From positions 10,869 to 74,868 of the forward strand of contig JBAYUH010000001.1 in the NCBI GenBank assembly GCA_041675185.1: DNA of 64,000 nucleotides. Reading direction: 5' to 3'. Below the pieces are notes generated by a model. That model was not told the origin of the DNA, did no database searches, and saw only the letters and a list, made by a program, of their open reading frames with translations. The position numbers were made by a program, and so were the translations under genes. Each line of letters opens with the position of its first letter. Position 1 is the first letter of the stretch. Positions 28,801-37,900 of the stretch are shown piece after piece. Source of the DNA: Candidatus Magasanikiibacteriota bacterium (GTDB taxonomy: Bacteria > Patescibacteriota > Patescibacteriia > Magasanikbacterales > UBA922).

Positions 28801-29622
28801 TATTATATCTGCAAAATAACGTTCTACTTTTTTAAAATAAAAATAACCCAAAAAACAATAAACCAACATACTAATTGTAGAGACTTCCAGCAACAGCCAA
28901 TTTATTTGACCAACACCCAATATCACAACTCTAGCAGTATCTATTACACCAGCCATAGGATTCAACCCCAAAATCCATCTAAATTTTTCACTAACAATAC
29001 TGACTGGGTATATCACTGGCGTAATAAAAATCAATAATTGAATAAAAAACGGCAAAACAAATCTGACATCACGATATTTGACATTCAAAGAACCGAATAA
29101 CAAACCAATACCCAAAGTAGAAAAAATAGTCATTATTATTAATAAAGGAAAAAATACTAAACCCAATAAAGATGGTATATAATGATAAAAAATCATCATA
29201 CCAACCAAAATTATACTAGCAATCAAAAAATCTACTATATTTGTTATAATTGAAGAAATAGGCAAAATAATTCTAGGAAAATAAACTTTGGTGACAATTT
29301 TTTCATTTTCCATAAAAGTATTACTCGCATGTGTCAAACCACTAGAAAATAATGTCCAAAATATCAAACCAGTGTACACAAAAATAGGATAAGGAATTCC
29401 ATCTGATGGCATCTGTGCCAATCTGCCAAAAAAAATAGTAAACACAACCATAGTAACAAATGGTTGAAAAATCGCCCACAAAGCACCTATCGCTGTCTGT
29501 TTATATTTTACTTTCAAATCACGCCAAGTAAAAAAATAAAACAAATCACGAAATTGCCAAATTTCGTTTAGATCTAGTTGCCACCACTTATTTTTTGGTT
29601 TGATTATAATTTCCATAGACAT
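28798..29622 (-). CDS. wzm: ABC-2 type transporter permease (Wzm/TagG family)
   Basis: 274 aa with 6 predicted TM helices. It is adjacent to wzt. Confidence 0.8.
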   Translation of the reverse strand: MSMEIIIKPKNKWWQLDLNEIWQFRDLFYFFTWRDLKVKYKQTAIGALWAIFQPFVTMVVFTIFFGRLAQMPSDGIPYPIFVYTGLIFWTLFSSGLTHASNTFMENEKIVTKVYFPRIILPISSIITNIVDFLIASIILVGMMIFYHYIPSLLGLVFFPLLIIMTIFSTLGIGLLFGSLNVKYRDVRFVLPFFIQLLIFITPVIYPVSIVSEKFRWILGLNPMAGVIDTARVVILGVGQINWLLLEVSTISMLVYCFLGYFYFKKVERYFADII

Positions 29623-29717
29623 AAGTCAAAAGTTTGTAAAGTCGAAAGTCTATAAAGTCCTTCGAGTTGCTAAAGTCATTACTTTTGACTTTCAACTTTA
29701 TGGACTTTATGGACTAT
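29623..29717. repeat. AAAGTC-iteron palindromic element, copy 2
   Basis: aagtcaaaag tttgtaaagtc gaaagtc tataaagtc ...gctaaagtc | ttttgacttt caacttt atggacttt atggactat. Confidence 0.7.
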
Positions 29718-29721
29718 TTTT

Positions 29722-29964
29722 TCACCACTCCCTCGTCTTCTCAATCGTCTTCATCTTTACTTTTTGATACAAATCCGTCGCTTTCTGATCCACTTCTGGT
29801 GAAAGCAAACGCAAAAGTTCATGCCCCAAAATTCTATATTGCTTACCAATTTTATTAGCACGAATAAGACCTTTTTTGAGTAGACGTTTCATGGTACTAT
29901 TACTCACTTTTAGAAGATCTTGAGCTTCACCAGTTGTGTAAACAGAATTTGGTTTGATTTCCAT
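29722..29964 (-). CDS. Small helix-turn-helix DNA-binding protein (excisionase/MerR-like HTH_17 family)
   Basis: 80 aa. YTTGEAQDLLKVSNSTMKRLLKKGLIRANKIGKQYRI is a typical HTH_17 pattern. It is flanked on both sides by AAAGTC-iteron elements. Confidence 0.6.
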   Translation of the reverse strand: MEIKPNSVYTTGEAQDLLKVSNSTMKRLLKKGLIRANKIGKQYRILGHELLRLLSPEVDQKATDLYQKVKMKTIEKTREW

Positions 29965-29968
29965 ATAA

Positions 29969-30068
29969 TAGTCAAAAGTTCATAAAGTCAAAAGTCTGCA
30001 AAGTCCATAAAGTTGAAAGTCAAAAGTTATTACTTTAGACATTATGGACTTTAGACTTTATAGACTAT
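29969..30068. repeat. AAAGTC-iteron palindromic element, copy 3
   Basis: tagtcaaaag ttcataaagtc aaaagtc tgcaaagtc cataaagtt gaaagtc aaaagtt | ttagacatt atggacttt agacttt atagactat. Confidence 0.7.
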
Positions 30069-30087
30069 AGTATAACAACAAGTATCA

Positions 30088-31044
30088 TTAGGTGTCAATA
30101 GAGTTCAAATACCACTCATAAACCTGTTTTATCCCCTCTTTCAAACCAATTTCATCTTTCCAACCTAATTTATTTATTTTACTAACATCTAATAATTTTT
30201 GCATTGTCCCGTCTGGTTTGCTTTTGTCACAAACTATTTTACCGCCAAAACCTACAATCTCTTTTATTATTTTGGCCAATTCTCCAACAGTCAAATCATT
30301 TCCCGTACCAATATTCAAAAACATCTCACCTCTTTCATTTTCTTTTTTATTAGGATCAAAATTTTGTAAAACAAATAGACAAGCCCGAGCCAAATCATCC
30401 ACATGTAAAAATTCTCTTCTAGGTCTGCCTGTTCCCCAAATCTCTACTTGTTTTTTGTTATTTATATTTGCTTCATGAAATTTACGAATAAGCGCTGGCA
30501 AAACATGAGAAGTTTCCAAATCAAAATTATCATTTGGTCCATACAAATTAGTTGGCATCACAGCAATAAAATTAGTACCATATTGTCTATTGTAGCTTTG
30601 GCACATTTTTATACCAGCAATCTTAGCAATAGCATAAGGCTCATTGGTTTTTTCTAGTTCACCTGTCATTAAATATTCTTCTTTGATAGGCTGTAGGCAA
30701 TCTTTTGGATAGATACAAGACGAACCCAAAAATAACAGCTTCTTTACTCCAGACAAATAAGCATTATGAATAATATTATTTTGTATTTGTAAATTTTGAT
30801 AAAGAAAATCTGCTGGATAATTATTATTAGCAAGAATTCCCCCGACTTTGGCTGCTGCCAAAATTACATAATCTGGTCTTTCTGATACAAAAAAATCCGC
30901 CACAGCTTTGGCATCTATCAAATCTAATTCTTCTCTTGTTCTTACAACCAAATTATTATAACCTTCAGTTTTCAATTTGCGAACAATAGCCGAACCGACC
31001 ATACCGTTGTGACCGGCGATGTATATTTTGGAATTTTTATCCAT
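30088..31044 (-). CDS. fcl: GDP-L-fucose synthase (GDP-4-keto-6-deoxymannose 3,5-epimerase/4-reductase)
   Basis: MDKNSKIYIAGHNGMVGSAIVRKL. Length of 318 aa and overall similarity to Fcl/WcaG. Confidence 0.85.
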   Translation of the reverse strand: MDKNSKIYIAGHNGMVGSAIVRKLKTEGYNNLVVRTREELDLIDAKAVADFFVSERPDYVILAAAKVGGILANNNYPADFLYQNLQIQNNIIHNAYLSGVKKLLFLGSSCIYPKDCLQPIKEEYLMTGELEKTNEPYAIAKIAGIKMCQSYNRQYGTNFIAVMPTNLYGPNDNFDLETSHVLPALIRKFHEANINNKKQVEIWGTGRPRREFLHVDDLARACLFVLQNFDPNKKENERGEMFLNIGTGNDLTVGELAKIIKEIVGFGGKIVCDKSKPDGTMQKLLDVSKINKLGWKDEIGLKEGIKQVYEWYLNSIDT

Positions 31045-31083
31045 ACTTTCTTTAAAAATATATCAAAATTATTAGTTTAGATT

Positions 31084-31180
31084 CTCCCCCTAGTAGGGGG
31101 AGTCAGAGGGGGGTCTTTAGTAAAATAAAACGTTTTGTTTTATACTCCAGACCTCCCCTAACCCCTCCTAATAGGAGGGG
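31084..31180. promoter_or_regulatory. Pair of GC-rich perfect palindromes (CTCCCCCTA-G-TAGGGGGAG at 31084-31102; CCCCTCCTA-A-TAGGAGGGG at 31162-31180) between gmd stop and fcl start
   Basis: Both are exact 9-bp inverted repeats. They are strongly GC-rich in an AT-rich genome. G6 and C-rich runs are linked by AT-rich spacer. Confidence 0.5.
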
Positions 31181-31214
31181 GATCAAACAAAATCCATCTT
31201 CAAACTTGTTTATA

Positions 31215-31260
31215 CTCATACACTTTCGACTTTATGGACTTTACAGACTTTATGGACTAT
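31215..31260. repeat. AAAGTC-iteron element, copy 4 (right-arm-only version)
   Basis: ctcatacactttc gactttatg gactttaca gactttatg gactat. It is 44/46 identical to copy 6 at 32719-32763. Confidence 0.7.
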
Positions 31261-31261
31261 T

Positions 31262-32269
31262 TTATTCACACATAATCTTCACCAATTCCTTAAATTTCGT
31301 CTTCGGCTCCCAGCCCAACTTATCTTTGGCCTTCGTAGCATCACCCAACAACAAATCCACTTCAGCTGGACGAAAATATTTTTCATCAATTTCAATTAAA
31401 ACTTTACCAGTTTTTTTGTCTATTCCTTTTTCTTTTAATCCACTACCTTGCCATTTTATTTCAAAATCAAAATACTGTGAAGCTTCTTCCACAAATTCCC
31501 GTACACTATGTGTTTCACCAGTGGCTACTACATAATCATCTGGATCTTTTTGTTGAAGCATAAGCCACATAGCCTCGACATAATCTTTGGCATAACCCCA
31601 ATCACGTTTGGCTTCTAAGTTTCCCAAATATAATTTTTCTTGTTTTCCTTCTTTGATATTTTTGAAAGCATCAACAATTTTTTTAGTTACAAAAGTACCA
31701 CCACGTCTTGGAGATTCGTGATTGAACAATATCCCATTACAAACAAACATATTATAGCTATCACGATAATTGACAGCGATATTATGGGCATAGACCTTGG
31801 CACAAGCATAAGGACTGCGTGGATAAAAGCCAGTCGTCTCTTTTTGAGGAGTTTCCAACACTTTTCCAAACATTTCTGAGCTACCCGCCTGATAAAATTT
31901 TACTTTCATTCCCTTGTCACGAATAGCGTCAAGCAGACGCAATGTTCCAAGACCATCAGCATCAGCAGTATATTCAGGCAAATCAAAACTAACACGAACA
32001 TGACTCTGGGCACCAAGATTGTATATTTCATCAATCTGTACTTCATCCAAAATACGACTAATATTACTACTGTCAGTCAAATCTCCGTAATGCAAAAATA
32101 ATTTTACATCTTTACTATGTCGATCACGATAGAGATGGTCAATTCTTTCAGTATTGAAACTACTAGAACGACGGATAATCCCATGCACTTCATAACCTTT
32201 TTGCAATAATAATTCAGCCAGATAAGATCCGTCTTGGCCAGTTATTCCTGTAATTAATGCTTTTTTCAT
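31262..32269 (-). CDS. gmd: GDP-mannose 4,6-dehydratase
   Basis: [47 protein letters not shown] is the canonical Gmd N-terminus. Confidence 0.9.
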   Translation of the reverse strand: MKKALITGITGQDGSYLAELLLQKGYEVHGIIRRSSSFNTERIDHLYRDRHSKDVKLFLHYGDLTDSSNISRILDEVQIDEIYNLGAQSHVRVSFDLPEYTADADGLGTLRLLDAIRDKGMKVKFYQAGSSEMFGKVLETPQKETTGFYPRSPYACAKVYAHNIAVNYRDSYNMFVCNGILFNHESPRRGGTFVTKKIVDAFKNIKEGKQEKLYLGNLEAKRDWGYAKDYVEAMWLMLQQKDPDDYVVATGETHSVREFVEEASQYFDFEIKWQGSGLKEKGIDKKTGKVLIEIDEKYFRPAEVDLLLGDATKAKDKLGWEPKTKFKELVKIMCE

Positions 32270-32271
32270 AA

Positions 32272-32378
32272 AATTAGTCCTTAAAGTCTATAAAGTCCAT
32301 AAAGTCAAAAGTCCTTAAAGTCTGTAAAAAAATATTCCTCAGACTTTCGACTTTAAAGACTTCATGAACTTTTGACTA
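32272..32378. repeat. AAAGTC-iteron palindromic element, copy 5
   Basis: ttagtcc ttaaagtc tataaagtc cataaagtc aaaagtc cttaaagtc tgtaaaaaa ... cagacttt cgacttt aaagacttc atgaacttt tgactat. It overlaps the stop codon of the 4HB gene. Confidence 0.7.
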
Positions 32379-32723
32379 TCTTAATGTTTTTATAAAACCT
32401 GAAATTAATTTAGAAATTTCAATTGATAAATCATAATACTTTCTAGAATCTTCTTGTGAGATGTAATGCAATTCAAAAGCAAGATAAATCATAGAACGTA
32501 CTTCCCCACATGATCCTTTTGCTATAAATAAAAATCTAGAAAATTCTACATCACTCTTTCTTTCAAATCCTTCTGCAATATTGTTCATTACGGACACACT
32601 TGCTCGTTGAATTTGATCTCTAAATCCATAGTCCTTGCATAATCCAAAAGATTTATAAATATTTATGGACAACAGTTTAGCTTTTTGCCAAGCAATTATA
32701 TCCTCAAATTTATCTATACTCAT
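32376..32723 (-). CDS. Four-helix-bundle protein ('23S rRNA intervening-sequence protein' family)
   Basis: 115 aa. AWQKAKLL...QIQRASVSVMNNIAEGFER...FLFIAKGSCGEV is the signature of the TIGR02436 family. Confidence 0.7.
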   Translation of the reverse strand: MSIDKFEDIIAWQKAKLLSINIYKSFGLCKDYGFRDQIQRASVSVMNNIAEGFERKSDVEFSRFLFIAKGSCGEVRSMIYLAFELHYISQEDSRKYYDLSIEISKLISGFIKTLR

Positions 32724-32763
32724 ATACTTTCGACTTTATGGACTTTACAGACTTTATGGACTA
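32719..32763. repeat. AAAGTC-iteron element, copy 6 (right-arm-only version)
   Basis: ctcatatactttc gactttatg gactttaca gactttatg gactac. It includes the start codon of the 4HB gene. Confidence 0.7.
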
Positions 32764-32767
32764 CAAA

Positions 32768-34774
32768 TTAAAATTGAATACCCTTTTCCAACGCAGCACT
32801 ATGCAAATCCAAAGCCTTTTGTACCTCTCCCATCCCCTTATACATATTTTCCAACTGTTGCCAGCCATTGGCAATCTTAAAATCATTGTCAATACTGTCC
32901 TGCAAGAGCTTGGTAGCTTCATCATACTTATGCAAATTTTCTTTTACACCTGCAAGCATATACTGTATTTGTTGTCTTTTTGGTGACAAAATCAAAGCGT
33001 CTTCCAATATTTTTTCTGTTTCTATCAAAAATGACGTGTCTTGTTTGGCTACTGCCCCATAAATTTTTATTTGAGCCAATTGTATACTAACTCTTATATC
33101 ATCTGGATGCAACTCCAAATTTTGATTCAAATTTCTCACAGCTTCATCATAAAAAGGTTGGATTTCTGACCATTTGTTCGAAGTTTTTTGATCTTTCAAA
33201 ATCTGAGAAATAATCTCACCAAAAATACGCGCTGTATCATTTCTAATATCATCAATATGTGGTGAAGGGATAGCAAACGCACGATTGTAGTCTTCTATAT
33301 AATTCCTACCAAAATTCAAATCTCTAATAGTCAACAGAGTTGCTTTGTTTGCTCTTGCTGAATTGACATCAGTACTATAAATAAAAAGTAAAATCAATAA
33401 AGAAACAAATACTGTCCAAGGCATAGAAACATCTCTATTACTTTTAGTAATATTTTCTGATTTTGTTTTTTCTGCAAAGACAGATGCAAAAGCCAAAAAA
33501 AAGAAAAAATAAAGATAAGAAGTAGGATTGTCAAAAACAGTTGCTACACTTATAAAGTGCGTCCAAAGAAAAGCTACTCCAAACGCCAAAACATGAACAT
33601 CTATTTTTCCTTCTTTGTATCTCTTAGAGAGACAAATAGTAGCCAAAACAAAAATACTAATATACAAAAGCAATCCAACAATCCCTTGCACTGCCAAAGT
33701 ATTCATAATTACACTATGAGCATTGTCAAACCAAGTTTCAGTAAAACCATATTCCAAAAATTCAGCCCGATAATATTTGTTGAAAGCATAATAATAATTG
33801 TTTGGGCCCCAACCAAAAATAGGTTTTTCTGTCCAAGCATCGAGTGCTACACCCCAGGCCATTACTCTAGTATTGGTTTTGGAAATGTCTGTATTCAAAA
33901 GACGACCAACAGCTGGCAAACTACTGACAAAATTAGTATTTCTATTTATAAACAAAACACCCATGGCAGAAACACCAAGTAAGACAACTATCAAAACAAT
34001 TTGTTTCAATTTCTTCTGCTCTTTCAAAGTGAAGAAGTAGACAGCTAATAAAACAAAAAGTCCCAAAATAAAAGCTACTAAAGCTCCACGAGTACCCCCC
34101 AAAAATATACCCCAAATACCAAGCAGAGCAACTACAATTTCAAACCAAAACCAACTAGCATCCATTGACAAAAATTTAATACTTCTTATTTTCAAATTTT
34201 CTTTAATAGCCAAAAACGTTCCCAAAAAAAACAAGAACATCCCATATCCACTAAAATAAATAGAATTGCCAAGCGTAGAAGACACACGATCACTACCTCT
34301 GTTCAAAAGTAAATTTGGATTAACATGTTTTTGTAATACACCAATAAACATCACTATACTTCCAGCCAAAAGAAAAGTACGCATGAGCCATTTCCAATCT
34401 GACCAATCACGTACCACAGTTGTAATGATAAAATAATAAACAATATAATGAAAAATTGTAAAAGTACCAAGCATTCTTTCGTGATTATCCCAAAAACTCT
34501 TGTACCAATCTACTCCCACAAAAGTAGAAACAACAAAAGAAGCAAAAAATAATAATACAGCAATATTGATCCAAGAAAATCTAGGTCTGTATTTCTTGAA
34601 ATCACTAACTAACAAAATAAGATAAAGCCCAAGCATCACCAAAACTAGAGATCTAAAATAGATAATTTTTGGCACTATGAAAGGAAAGACATAAGTTGTA
34701 GGAAATATCAGAAGTGGTACAAAAAAAGTGATTCCAATTATTATTTTTAGAATTTTTTCTAAAGTTTTTTGCAT
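32768..34774 (-). CDS. Wzy_C (O-antigen ligase / O-oligosaccharyltransferase) domain polytopic membrane protein with C-terminal TPR repeats
   Basis: 668 aa with about 12 TM helices and a large periplasmic-type loop. The C-terminal ~180 aa carry TPR-like helices (YDEATKLLQDSI, ALDLHSAALEKG). The architecture resembles WaaL/PglL/WsaB-type ligases. Confidence 0.6.
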   Translation of the reverse strand: MQKTLEKILKIIIGITFFVPLLIFPTTYVFPFIVPKIIYFRSLVLVMLGLYLILLVSDFKKYRPRFSWINIAVLLFFASFVVSTFVGVDWYKSFWDNHERMLGTFTIFHYIVYYFIITTVVRDWSDWKWLMRTFLLAGSIVMFIGVLQKHVNPNLLLNRGSDRVSSTLGNSIYFSGYGMFLFFLGTFLAIKENLKIRSIKFLSMDASWFWFEIVVALLGIWGIFLGGTRGALVAFILGLFVLLAVYFFTLKEQKKLKQIVLIVVLLGVSAMGVLFINRNTNFVSSLPAVGRLLNTDISKTNTRVMAWGVALDAWTEKPIFGWGPNNYYYAFNKYYRAEFLEYGFTETWFDNAHSVIMNTLAVQGIVGLLLYISIFVLATICLSKRYKEGKIDVHVLAFGVAFLWTHFISVATVFDNPTSYLYFFFFLAFASVFAEKTKSENITKSNRDVSMPWTVFVSLLILLFIYSTDVNSARANKATLLTIRDLNFGRNYIEDYNRAFAIPSPHIDDIRNDTARIFGEIISQILKDQKTSNKWSEIQPFYDEAVRNLNQNLELHPDDIRVSIQLAQIKIYGAVAKQDTSFLIETEKILEDALILSPKRQQIQYMLAGVKENLHKYDEATKLLQDSIDNDFKIANGWQQLENMYKGMGEVQKALDLHSAALEKGIQF

Positions 34775-34873
34775 AATTTTATTGTTTATAAAGTTTACAA
34801 AGTTAATGCAACCAGCAAACCTATTTTATATAGTACAGACATTATATCTATAAACTTAATTTTTTTCAAGTAA

Positions 34874-34910
34874 AACAAAAACCACCCCGACAAGGGGTGG
34901 TAATTTGTTT
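34874..34910 (-). terminator. Rho-independent terminator downstream of the S-layer-like gene
   Basis: CCACCCC-gacaa-GGGGTGG hairpin flanked by an A-run (34874-34881) and a T-run. On the minus strand the hairpin is followed by UUUUUGUUUU. Confidence 0.65.
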
Positions 34911-34944
34911 TGAAATACCAGACAACTCACGTAATCTAATTCAA

Positions 34945-37900
34945 TTAACTTGATTTAGATACAGAGAAGTGACTAGTTGGTAGACTCAAATAAAAACCGT
35001 TTACCCATTCAGTTGAACCAACTCCATCAGAGTCAGCAGACTGATCAGACCAAACAAAGTCATTGTTAGCATCACCATAAGCGTTAGCAAATGTTTCTGT
35101 GAATGCACTCAAATTGCCAGCATCACGAACAAAGTAAGTATCGATTGAATCACCAGCTTCAACACCAGCGATATCAGCGCGAACTTCGAAAGTACGTGTA
35201 GTACCAGCAGCAATTGTAACAACTTTAGTAGTATCAAAGTTGATCAAGAATTGACCATCTGTACTAGAAGTAGTTGAGGTAACATAACCATCGGTATTCA
35301 ATTGTGTTTCAGAACCTGTAACATCAAAAGCGTACAATGTACCAGAAGTAATTCTCAACCAAGCATCTGTACCATCAGAATCATTGAAGTCAATATATGG
35401 AGCGATACTACCCAAAACTACATCACCATTAGCTGGAGCAGTAACAGTAAACTTCATGATTGTTTTACCAGTGTTAGAACCAGTACTCAATGAAGTACTT
35501 GGAAGAGTTGCAACTGCAACAGTTGGTTTTGACAATCGAACTGACATTGTATTACCAACAGCAGCATCAGCAGCTGTATCAGTAAATCCAGAAGTAGCTA
35601 CAGCCTTGAAATAATCAGCTGTAGTATCTAATCTGAATTCTACAAAATCTCCAGAATCAGCGCCTGTACCAGCAGTACCAACGGTATTGGTTGTACGTTC
35701 GCCAATTGCACTGAATTTTGCTTTGACAACAACTACAGTTTCACCAGTATTAGCTACTGAGAAATTCAAAGAATCAAAGACAGCTTGGCCACTAGAATTT
35801 AGACCAACACCACCGTCAGGACCCAATTGAGTTCCTGTACTACTATACAATTGGACATATTCTACATCATCATAAGCATCTGTAGAAGATACCAAAATAG
35901 TCATTTTTTGTACATTGAAAGCTTCTTTAGTAGCAGTCAAAGTGATACGATGCATTTCTTGTTCAGTTGACAAACCAGCAAGTACAATACCTGCATCTGG
36001 TTTACCACTATTAGCAGCTGTAGTAATAGTACCATTAGCAGCTACAGTGATAGCAACAGAAGGAGCTGTAGTACCATTTAAGTTAGTACCAGTTACAGTA
36101 GCATCAAAAGAGCCATTAGCATCTTCTGCAGTAATGTCAGCAGTAGCAAGAGTAAATGCAAATGCATCATTCTCTGAACCATAAGGAGCATTACCAGAGA
36201 TAACAGCTTTGGCAACAATTGTCTTACTTGTTCCAGCAGGGATAGTATAATAACCACCCACAAATTTACTAGAACTAAATATTGCTTTACCATTTGAATC
36301 AACAGTAGCAGGACCAGCAACTAATGTGTCACCAACATACAAACTTACTTGAGTGACTACAGCATTAGCTGGAGTTGCAACAGTTTCTGTTTCAGTATTC
36401 AAAGTATAATAAACATCAGCTGTTGTACTTGCGTTGATATATGTGTTCAATGTCAAAGCAGACACTTTTACATCATTACCAGCACCAGAACCAGCAGTGA
36501 AAATCATACCAAGAGCATCAACAGTAGATCCTTTTACAACTGTTCTTGATTCAGGAGAAGCTGCACGAGATACAGTCAAAGATGAACTACGAGTAGTAAC
36601 ATTGTAACCAGCTACATTAGTAGCAGGAACAACATCAGTTATTGTATTATCTTTTGAATCTTTTGCAGTAAATACAGTACTACCAAATTCTAGAGTAGCT
36701 TTGTAAACTACACCAGAAACTTGAGCAGTATTGATATCAGCTACTACAGCAACATTTTTAGTTGCACCTTTAGCTACTGTAAAATAATCAGTATATGTAA
36801 AGGTTAATGTAGCGTTGGTATTATTACCATCAGCCCAAGAATCAGCATCTGTAATTGCTTTTGCAGAACCGATAGTTTGACCAGAATCTGCATCAATCAA
36901 TTTGATATTACGGATAAGTAAAGTATCGGTAGTAGAATCATATTGATCACCAGTACCTAAATCCTTATACAAACCATAAGATACAGCACTATTAGTTGTA
37001 CTTGTAGTTTCCAATTGTAAAGTCATTTTTTGTACTTCAGTACTATCAGAAACAGCTTTCACAGCAACTCTCATAAGTTCTACACTTGTAGAATCAACTT
37101 TTACATCATGAGCAGATGCACTATGATTAGAGATAGTTACTCCACCACCTTGTAGTGTAAGAGTTGAACTATTACCAGCATCATCATATGAAGTAATAGT
37201 AGCCAAAGCACCATAACCATATGATGTACCAACAGCTTTTACATCAGCTGCGTTGTTCATGAAGAATACGATTGTATCTGCAACATCTGCACTAGCACTA
37301 ATATCACCTACCAAACTAAAAGTTTTACTTGCACCGTTTACCAATTTTAGAGGTGTATTTAAAGCTAAAGTAAGATAGCGACCATTCAAAGTAGCTGTTG
37401 TAGGAACAACATCAACACCTTGATATAATTTGAAATTACTCAAATTACTTGTAGTAAGAGTACCATCTTGTTTCAAAGTGATAGCTGAAAACATTTCATC
37501 TTCAGTAGCAGCTGTCAATTTGAATTGAGCCATTGTTACATTAGTATCACCAACTGTAGGATTTGACAAAGTGCCAGTACCTACAACTGTCAATGTACCA
37601 GCAGTTACTGCACTACTTACTGTAAAAGTATTACCAGTTACAGGAAGACCAGTTACTGTTGTACCTAGACTAGAATTGATAGCTGTGATAGAAAAGTTAT
37701 GTTCTCCAGCTGTAGTACCTGTTTGTAATCTAACAGTCAATACTTTTGTAGAATTAGCAGGAACTACCAAACCAAGAGAAGTAAATTCTGCTGTGTTAGT
37801 ATCTGAAGAAAAAGTTCTACCAGATGAACCAAGTCTTACTTCACCATCATATAGATAAGATGTAAGACCAGTTGTCAAACCAGCGCCAGATCTTTTTACT

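Noticed and set aside
29722-29964. Excisionase-family HTH as evidence of a prophage or integrated element within the glycan locus
   Set aside because: No integrase, recombinase, phage structural genes or att-like direct repeats are nearby. HTH_17 proteins commonly act as stand-alone regulators.
28726-32763. The AAAGTC repeat arrays could be a degenerate CRISPR array
   Set aside because: The units are 9-10 bp with no unique spacers. Arrays are internally inverted (palindromic). No cas genes are present. This is inconsistent with CRISPR.
35302-37858. Several 60-95-aa ORFs on the plus strand inside the S-layer-like gene and Leu-rich minus ORF 36093-36320
   Set aside because: Alternative-frame shadows of a compositionally biased (ACT/GCT/GTT-rich) gene.
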